Assembly (NCBI GenBank): GCA_965238005.1
Contig: OZ250165.1
Location: 3,616,001 to 3,680,000, forward strand
DNA length: 64,000 nt
Direction: 5' to 3'
DNA from: Longimicrobiales bacterium
GTDB taxonomy: Bacteria; Gemmatimonadota; Gemmatimonadetes; Longimicrobiales; Gaopeijiaceae
The notes under the pieces are model-generated. The model did not search any database and was not told the origin of the DNA. It was given only the letters and a program-made list of their open reading frames with translations. The translations under genes and the position numbers were made by a program. Each line of letters opens with the position of its first letter. Position 1 is the stretch's first letter. This document shows positions 57,134 through 64,000 of the stretch, one piece after another.

Positions 57134-59152
57134 ATGACCCGGACGATCGCAACTCTTCTGACCGTGGTGTGCCTGGTAGCGTCGACCGCAGATGCGGAAG
57201 TCGTGCGGATCGAAGTGCGGTACAGGGTGGATCTGGCCGGCGGCAAGTGGTTCGGATTGGCCGGGCCGTACGAAAAACTGATCGGCACGATCTACTTCAC
57301 CGTCGACCCTGACAATTCGGCCAACCGGATCATCACCGACATCGCGCTCGCGCCCAGGAATGCCGACGGCCTGGTCGAGTTTCACTCCGACTTCTTTTTG
57401 ATCAAGCCCAAGTATGTGGAGCGCGGTAACGGCACGGTTCTGTACGAAGTGTCGAACCGCGGAGGGAAGGCGATGCTGCGCTACTTCAATCGCGGCGCCG
57501 GGAGCCTGGACCCGCAGACCGAAGAAGAGATGGGCGACGGCCTCCTCCTGCGCAACGGTTTCACGCTGCTCTGGCTGGGCTGGCAGTTCGACCCGCCGGA
57601 TCGGGACGGGCTCGTGCGGCTGTACACCCCCGTGGCAACCGACGGAGCGACCGCGATCGAGGGGCTGGTCCGAAGCGAAGTCGTCGTGCTGGAACGGGAG
57701 TTCGACCGATCCCTGGCAGACCGGAACCATGTCGCCTACGCGGTCGCCGACCCATCCAATCCGGCGAACATGATGACGGTGCGGGATGCGGTGGGCGGAC
57801 GGCGCAGCGTGGTTCCCCGGAGTCAGTGGAGGTTCGCTCGCCTGGAGAACGGGCAGGTCGTGCCGGACCGGACCCGCGTCTACCTGGAGGGCGGATTCGA
57901 ACCCCACAAGCTCTACGACATCGTCTACACGGCACAGGATCCGCCGGTAGTCGGCCTGGGTCCGGCAGCCATCCGCGACGTGGTGTCCCGGCTCAAGTAT
58001 GGCGCCGCGGAAGAGCTATCCATCCCGGCCGGCGCCATCGACCGCGCGCTGGCGTTCGGGATCTCGCAGAGCGGCCGGTTCCTGCGGACGTTCCTGTTCT
58101 ACGGATTCAACGAAACCGAGGAGCACCGCAAGGCGTTCGACGGCGTCATCTCGCACGTCGCCGGTGGCGGCCGCGGCAGCTTCAACCACCGGTTCGCCCA
58201 GCCGTCCCGCGACGGCCATCCGTACCTGAACAAGCTGTACCCGACCGACATCTTCCCGTTCACGGACGTCGAGCAGACCGACCAGGAGACCGGTATCCGG
58301 GATGGGCTGCTGGCCCGCGTGGATCCGGCATTCATGCCCAAGATCTTCTACACGAACTCGTCGTACGAGTACTGGGGACGCGCGGCGTCGCTGATCCATA
58401 CGACCATCGATGGCACGCAAGACAGTCCGCTGATGGAGAACGTGCGCATCTATTCCTTTGCCGGCGGGCAGCACGGCCCGGGCAGCTTCCCACCGGTGCA
58501 ACAGAGCGGGCAGCAGCTGAGCAACCCCAACGACTATTCTTGGTTCATGCGTAGCCTGTTGCTGGCCATGAACCGCTGGGCCGACGACGACTCACCGCCG
58601 CCTGCGAGCAACTACCCGCGGATCAGCGACGGCGATCTGGTGCTCCCCGAACGGCTGGACTTCCCGCAGCTGCCGGGCGTGGGCCCGCCCGGCGCACCGC
58701 ACAAGGCCTACCGGGTGGACTACGGTCCTGAGTTTGCCACGAAAGGCATCGTCACGATCGAGCCACCGGAGGTAGCATCGGCGTTTCCGATCATGGTTCC
58801 GCAGGTCGATGCCGACGGCAACGAAACGGGTGGCTTGAAGATGCCGAGCGTCGCGGTGCCGCTGGCCACCTACACCGGGTGGAATCTGTTCCGGTCCGAG
58901 TTTGGACCCGAGGACGTGCTATCCACCACGCAGGGGTCCTATATTCCGTTCCCGCGAACCACCGTCGACCGGCAGCAGAGCCGCGATCCGAGACGTGCCA
59001 TCGAGGAACGCTATCGCAGCCGCGAGCAGTACATGGGCCTCGTGTCGGAAGCGGCGCTCCGACTCATCGACGAAGGCTACCTACTCGCCGAAGACCTGGC
59101 GCCAATTCTGGGCCGGGCCAGCGAGCATTGGGATTACTTGATGGACTCGTGA
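57134..59152 (+). CDS. Exported alpha/beta hydrolase domain protein
   Basis: RBS aggagga, signal peptide, YEVSNRGG, GISQSGRFLR nucleophile elbow, EYWGRAASL, PQVDADGNE. Confidence 0.82.
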   Translation: MTRTIATLLTVVCLVASTADAEVVRIEVRYRVDLAGGKWFGLAGPYEKLIGTIYFTVDPDNSANRIITDIALAPRNADGLVEFHSDFFLIKPKYVERGNGTVLYEVSNRGGKAMLRYFNRGAGSLDPQTEEEMGDGLLLRNGFTLLWLGWQFDPPDRDGLVRLYTPVATDGATAIEGLVRSEVVVLEREFDRSLADRNHVAYAVADPSNPANMMTVRDAVGGRRSVVPRSQWRFARLENGQVVPDRTRVYLEGGFEPHKLYDIVYTAQDPPVVGLGPAAIRDVVSRLKYGAAEELSIPAGAIDRALAFGISQSGRFLRTFLFYGFNETEEHRKAFDGVISHVAGGGRGSFNHRFAQPSRDGHPYLNKLYPTDIFPFTDVEQTDQETGIRDGLLARVDPAFMPKIFYTNSSYEYWGRAASLIHTTIDGTQDSPLMENVRIYSFAGGQHGPGSFPPVQQSGQQLSNPNDYSWFMRSLLLAMNRWADDDSPPPASNYPRISDGDLVLPERLDFPQLPGVGPPGAPHKAYRVDYGPEFATKGIVTIEPPEVASAFPIMVPQVDADGNETGGLKMPSVAVPLATYTGWNLFRSEFGPEDVLSTTQGSYIPFPRTTVDRQQSRDPRRAIEERYRSREQYMGLVSEAALRLIDEGYLLAEDLAPILGRASEHWDYLMDS

Positions 59153-60174
59153 CGCCCGCCGCGGGCCATCAGGTCGCCTGAGTCCCTGCTCTGCCGCCCA
59201 GTGCCGACCAGTGCCCGCCCGGGGGATCCGGTCTCCGCGATCCTGGTGGTGGCGGCCACCAGTTCCCGGGTAATGCCCGGTTCGTGGGACGAGTGACCAG
59301 CATCCGGGACGATGACCGCATCCAGCTCGGGCCAGGCGTGGCACAGGTCGTCGAGGTTCTTCACCGGGCAGACCAGGTCGTAGCGGCCGTGCACCGCGAA
59401 GGCCGGGATCGAGCGCAGGCGATCGACCCGGTCGAGGAGCAGGGTGTCAGGCTGGAAACGGACGTTGCGGAAGTAGTGGGCTTCCAGGCGGGCCAGATTC
59501 CAGGCCATCTCCGGCTCACCGAAGACGTCGCTGAACTCCGGGTTGGGCAGGAGGGTGCAGCAGGACCCCTCGTAGATCGACCAGGCCTTGGCCGCCGCCA
59601 GGCCGGCCTCCCGGTCTTCACCGTCGAGTCGCTTCCAGAACGCCTCCAGCAGATCGTCCCGTTCGTTCTCCGGGATCGGCTCGACGAACTGCCGCCACAG
59701 CTCGGGCTGGATCTTGCCCATCTCGTACAGCCACCAGTGGATCTCCTCGTCCCGCAGCATCCAGATGCCACGGAGCACCAGGCTCCGGACCCGGTCCGGA
59801 TGCTGCTCGGCGTAGTCCATTGCCAGCGAGCTGCCCCAGGAGCCGCCGAACACGTGCCAGGTGTCGATCTCCAGCTCTTCCCGGAGCTGCTCCATGTCGG
59901 CCACCAGGTGGGCGGGAGAGTTGTCCTTCAGCTCGCCCGCCGGCGTGGACCGACCGCAACCGCGCTGGTCGAACAGCACCGTGCGGAACCGATCCGGGGC
60001 AAAGAAGCGCCGGTCAGTGGTGGTGCAACCGGCACCGGGGCCACCATGGACGAACAGCATCGGCAGACCGTCCGGCGTGCCGCACTCCTCGTAATAGAGA
60101 GTGTGCAGGTCATCGATCTGCAGCCGACCGGTCCGGTACGGCTCGATCTCCGGGTGGAAGTGTCCGTTGGGCAT
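59134..60174 (-). CDS. pip: Proline iminopeptidase
   Basis: HGGPGAG, DQRGCGRS, FGGSWGS, LRGI, GRYDLVCP, AGHS. Confidence 0.92.
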   Translation of the reverse strand: MPNGHFHPEIEPYRTGRLQIDDLHTLYYEECGTPDGLPMLFVHGGPGAGCTTTDRRFFAPDRFRTVLFDQRGCGRSTPAGELKDNSPAHLVADMEQLREELEIDTWHVFGGSWGSSLAMDYAEQHPDRVRSLVLRGIWMLRDEEIHWWLYEMGKIQPELWRQFVEPIPENERDDLLEAFWKRLDGEDREAGLAAAKAWSIYEGSCCTLLPNPEFSDVFGEPEMAWNLARLEAHYFRNVRFQPDTLLLDRVDRLRSIPAFAVHGRYDLVCPVKNLDDLCHAWPELDAVIVPDAGHSSHEPGITRELVAATTRIAETGSPGRALVGTGRQSRDSGDLMARGGRHESIK

Positions 60175-60176
60175 GT

Positions 60177-60204
60177 CTGCTCCCTCCTCTGCTCCCTCCT
60201 CTGC
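60177..60204. repeat. 12-bp tandem duplication covering the pip ribosome-binding region
   Basis: ctgctccctcct x2 plus partial copy. Confidence 0.7.
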
Positions 60205-60443
60205 TGCCTCGTCTGTCCCTCTGTCCGCTCCGACGGTCCGGAGCCGCACGGTAGCCGGCGAATCGCCCGCTCGCCACTCTCCCCCCGGTCGGCCTGCGGA
60301 CCGAGGAGCACGCTGCGGTTGAGGCCTTATCAGGTGATGATCGATGAAACGGAAGGGTGGACAGAGATCGATATGGTCGAGGAATTCGAGGAGTGGGCCA
60401 AGAAAATCGCCCAAGACTTCGAGGCGGACCTGCGCGCCAGGAA

Positions 60444-62792
60444 CTAGCGTCGGCGTGCTTCACCCTCCAGCTCCGCGATGAGCCGTCGGGCCTCCTCGTC
60501 ACCCGGTCTGAGCTCTAGGAGGTCTCTCGCGTAGCCGAGCGCCCGCTCCAAGAGACCTGCGTCCCGGCTGATGGTTGCCAGGGCGAAGCGCGCGTCCCGG
60601 TAACTCGGATGGCGTTCGACAGTCTGATCGAGAACGGCCAGGGCGCCGCCGGTATCGCCGGTGGTGTGGAGCGCCACTGCATAGACGTAGGCGTAGCGGG
60701 GCCGGTCTCCGCCTAAGGTGGCCGCCTGCTCCAACCATGCCAGCCCCTCGGGGATGCGATCCAGACGGACCATCAGGAGGCCGAGCGCGTGCCTGAGATC
60801 AGCCGCCTCGGGAGCCAGAGCCATACCCTCTCTCAGCAGTTGCTCGCCCTCTGGGTCCCGCCCCGTGACGCGGTAGAGGTCGGAGAGGTTTACGTAGGCG
60901 GGGGTGAAGGACGGCTGGAGCCGGAGAGCGGTCCGGTACTCCCTCTCCGCTGTGACCGCATCTCCCCGCTGCGCGGCTAGCCAGCCGAGATTTGCGTGTG
61001 CTTCCGCCCTGTCTCTGTTTACGGCCTGGGCCGCGCGGTATTCCTCAAAGCCACGCTCCACGGCCATCCGACTGCCGGGCGGAATCATCTGAGTGCGGAC
61101 CGGCGCGAGATCGCGCGCGGCCTGGAGCCTTACCGCCAAAATCGGATCGTCCAACAGCGGAACCGCGAGTTCCGCCTTGACGGCCGGACCGAAGCCCTCC
61201 AAGCCCTGCAGTGCGCCGAGTCGGACGAGTGGATCCGCGTGGGAGAGCTGGCGACGCAACGCAGCCAGGACAGAGGGGTTTGCTGACGGTGGAAGCAGAG
61301 AGAGCGCCGTGGCGCGTGCGATCCCCGGCGCGCTGGGATCTTCAGCGAGAGAGGCGAGTGCGTCCTGGGCGGCAACAGGATCGCTTCGTGCGGCCGCAAT
61401 CACCCGACCGAAGTGCGTGGTGTCCGGCCGGCCGAAACGGGCGGCGAGGATCTCCGCCGCCGCCGTTGGGCTCATCGCCTGGTGGCATCCGGTGCACGGG
61501 TTCGGGACCCCTAGCTCCGCCGACAGATCCGGGCGGGGCACCCGAAAGCCGTGATCCCTGCGGGGATCGACGACCATGTAGGTGCGAGCCGGCATGTGAC
61601 ACGAGACACACTCCGCTCCGGCCGATTCCCGGTTGGCCGGTGCCTGGCCAGCCGAGCCCGGCTCGTGGAAGTGGTGGTCCGGCGTGTCGAACCGTACACC
61701 TTGGTGGCAACGGGTACAGAGTGCGTTACCGGACGCCGTGAGCTCGAGCGAGTGCGGCTCGTGGCAGTCCTCGCACCCGACTCCGGCGCGGTACATAGCG
61801 CTCTGCACGAACGAGCCCCAGACGTAAACCTCCCCATCGATCTGTCCGTCTGTGAAGTACAGGCCCTCCTCGAGCAGCGCCGGCTGATGCGTGTCGAGGA
61901 GCGAGCCGCCGTCGTAGGCAAAGCGCTCGGCCAGGGGAGTCCTGCGGCTGTGGCAATACTCGCAGCTACGGAGCTGCGCACGATCGACCGGCGTCGGCTG
62001 GGGGCGCACCGTACCCGTCTCCATATCCATAACCCAGCGTTTCTCTCCAGCCGCTCCGAGCCGGAGGGCGAACGCCCGGTCCTCCGCGGTCCGCTCTCCC
62101 CGCCGCGTCGCCTCCGCCCAGCGGAGGTGCTCGGATGCCGGTCCGTGGCACGCCTCACAGGAGACGTCGATCTCTGCCCAGGTCGTCCCGTAGCGGTCCT
62201 CCTCGAGAGAGTAACCTTTGCGCACGCCGGTCGAATGACACTCGGCGCACATGAAGTTCCAGCTCTGGTCCGAACCGGTCCAGTGAAGGGGGTCGCCGGG
62301 AGGGACCGGCGCCCCGGCATGAAGATCGAACCAGCGCTGGCCTCCCTCTTCCCGCAGGCGGGAATCCCACGCGATGGTCAGTGCCTGATAGCGGCCCGAC
62401 CCGTATTCAACCAGGTATTGCTGAAGGGGAGACACCCCGAAGGTATAGGCGACCCGATACTCCCCAGGAACGCCATTCGGACCTTCGGTCCGCACCCAGT
62501 ATTCCTCCTCCCTCCGGAAGAAGGTCGAGCTCACGCCGGAAAGAGTGCGGGCCGGACCGTCGAAGTCTCCCAACACCGTTCCAGCCTCCGCCACCTGCAT
62601 CGCCAAGTCGTGGTGTGACCCCTCCCAGAGCTCCATTTGAGGCTGATGGCAGCGGGCGCACCGCTCCCGGCCCACATAGGTCGCATCTGCAGTGGCGGCG
62701 CTACTCCCCGTCCCCGCATCCCCACCACATGCGGCGAGCCCGCACAGTAGGGTGAACGACAGTGCAGAGCAGCATCGCAGCTCAAGCCGCAT
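60444..62792 (-). CDS. Octaheme c-type cytochrome-HEAT/TPR lipoprotein
   Basis: Lipobox LAAC; eight CxxCH motifs (CARCH, CAECH, CEACH, CEYCH, CEDCH, CTRCH, CVSCH, CTGCH); C-terminal TPRs. Confidence 0.88.
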   Translation of the reverse strand: MRLELRCCSALSFTLLCGLAACGGDAGTGSSAATADATYVGRERCARCHQPQMELWEGSHHDLAMQVAEAGTVLGDFDGPARTLSGVSSTFFRREEEYWVRTEGPNGVPGEYRVAYTFGVSPLQQYLVEYGSGRYQALTIAWDSRLREEGGQRWFDLHAGAPVPPGDPLHWTGSDQSWNFMCAECHSTGVRKGYSLEEDRYGTTWAEIDVSCEACHGPASEHLRWAEATRRGERTAEDRAFALRLGAAGEKRWVMDMETGTVRPQPTPVDRAQLRSCEYCHSRRTPLAERFAYDGGSLLDTHQPALLEEGLYFTDGQIDGEVYVWGSFVQSAMYRAGVGCEDCHEPHSLELTASGNALCTRCHQGVRFDTPDHHFHEPGSAGQAPANRESAGAECVSCHMPARTYMVVDPRRDHGFRVPRPDLSAELGVPNPCTGCHQAMSPTAAAEILAARFGRPDTTHFGRVIAAARSDPVAAQDALASLAEDPSAPGIARATALSLLPPSANPSVLAALRRQLSHADPLVRLGALQGLEGFGPAVKAELAVPLLDDPILAVRLQAARDLAPVRTQMIPPGSRMAVERGFEEYRAAQAVNRDRAEAHANLGWLAAQRGDAVTAEREYRTALRLQPSFTPAYVNLSDLYRVTGRDPEGEQLLREGMALAPEAADLRHALGLLMVRLDRIPEGLAWLEQAATLGGDRPRYAYVYAVALHTTGDTGGALAVLDQTVERHPSYRDARFALATISRDAGLLERALGYARDLLELRPGDEEARRLIAELEGEARRR

Positions 62793-62830
62793 GGTGAGTG
62801 TAGTGTTGCCGGAATTTCTGGGGCACGACG

Positions 62831-64000
62831 CTAGCGCCGTGCACCGGAGGCCCGCCTCTCCAGATAGTCCTCGAGACTCCGAAGTGGAGGAATGTGGTGA
62901 GGCTGGAGCGGATGGGAGGTGTCCACAAAGGGCGCAGGGTTCGCAGGGAGCGCACCGGCCAATCGCTCCTTCACACGCTGAAAAGCCGGGTCATCGGCGA
63001 GGTTCCTCCACTCCTCGGGGTCTATTTCATGATCGTAGAGTTCCTCACTGCCGTCGATGTACCGAATATAGCGCCAGCGCTCGTCCCGAACGGAGTATTC
63101 GGAGAACTGGTAGGTGGTCACCACCGGACGGTCCCACTCCGCATCAGGGTCGGTGAGGAGAGGCACAAGGCTGCGCCCGTCCAGCCCCGGCTTCTCCGGT
63201 AGGCCCGCCAGCTCAACCAGGGTGGGAAAGAGATCCAGGAGGGAGACCGTGCGGCGGGAGGTCGAGCCGGCCGCCGTGCCGGTGGGAAGCCGGGCGAGGC
63301 CCTCCGGGATGCGAAACATCAAGACGACCCGGGAGAGGTTCTCCCAGAGGGCGAACTTCCGCCAATGCTCCTTCTCGCCAAGCTGCCACCCATGATCGGA
63401 CCACAGGACGACGATGGTGTTGTCCGCATAGGAGCTCTCATCCAAGGCATCTAGGAGCCGGCCCACCATAGCATCGGCATAGGTGATCGAGGCCAGGTAA
63501 CCCTGGACGGCCTGTGGCCACTGGTCCGCCTCGAGCACATGGGCGTTGTAGCCGCCCCCCCGGTGCGCCACCTCCACGGCACGCTCGGGCAGATCGTCCA
63601 GATCGGTCTCCAATACCGAGGGTAGCACGACCATGTCCAGCGGATAGAGGTCGAAGTACTCCCGGGGGACGTACCAAGGAAGATGGGGACGGTAAATCCC
63701 AGCGGCCAGGAAGAAGGGGCGGTCGTGCTCCCGCTCGAGCTGCTCGATCACCCAACTGACCGACTGGTAATCGCCCATCTCCGACTCTTCGATGTCGAGG
63801 GGCGCCCAGTCGAAGGCGGTGTACATGTCGGTGAACATCGGCATGTTGGCCGTGCTACCACCCGGCACCGGCCTAGGGGATCCGGGCATGTGCCGTTCCA
63901 GGGATGGGAAGTAATCGTCCCAGGAAATGGGATCCGGCTGGTTATTGTGAAAGATCTTGCCAGCCCCCGCCGACCAGTAGCCATTGTCGGCGAAGTAGCG
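62831..64000 (-). CDS. Sulfatase (iduronate-2-sulfatase-like); 5' end outside window
   Basis: Frame open to the window edge (GAGKIFH); PFFLA.G..RPHLPW, WSDHGWQLGEK, ELYDH..DP.E. Confidence 0.9.
   Translation of the reverse strand, partial: RYFADNGYWSAGAGKIFHNNQPDPISWDDYFPSLERHMPGSPRPVPGGSTANMPMFTDMYTAFDWAPLDIEESEMGDYQSVSWVIEQLEREHDRPFFLAAGIYRPHLPWYVPREYFDLYPLDMVVLPSVLETDLDDLPERAVEVAHRGGGYNAHVLEADQWPQAVQGYLASITYADAMVGRLLDALDESSYADNTIVVLWSDHGWQLGEKEHWRKFALWENLSRVVLMFRIPEGLARLPTGTAAGSTSRRTVSLLDLFPTLVELAGLPEKPGLDGRSLVPLLTDPDAEWDRPVVTTYQFSEYSVRDERWRYIRYIDGSEELYDHEIDPEEWRNLADDPAFQRVKERLAGALPANPAPFVDTSHPLQPHHIPPLRSLEDYLERRASGARR

Noticed and set aside
60337..60447. Short acidic ORF MIDETEGW...LRARN
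   Set aside because: Could be another gene tail, but no family is recognisable and there is no clear RBS

Overview
GC-rich bacterial DNA. Gemmatimonadota/Acidobacteriota-like gene content (ADOP permeases, NHL proteins, an 'RLTETG..GTP.YMSPEQ' kinase fragment) is my inference, not a database result. 1-13.3 kb holds a tightly coupled PUFA synthase (pfaA 3' end, fused pfaBC) + oleABCD + PPTase operon, predicted to make long-chain polyunsaturated olefins. 13.3-36 kb is mixed housekeeping/accessory genes interspersed with many gene remnants. It includes an ArsM-fold methyltransferase whose in-frame UGA plus downstream SECIS-like hairpin indicate a selenoprotein that the ORF track truncates. 36-46 kb is a TRAP transporter/aminotransferase/CoA-transferase/hydratase/FAD-Fe-S oxidase catabolic locus. 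Two degenerate tRNA-Lys(UUU) 3'-half copies (46363 and 56738) delimit decayed integrated islands. These carry NHL proteins, a Tat-signal aminotransferase, a PVC-type dehydrogenase-like gene with a nonsense mutation, an IS110 remnant, an octaheme-TPR protein and a sulfatase. No rRNA, intact tRNA or CRISPR array was seen. Family assignments come from motif recognition by eye.
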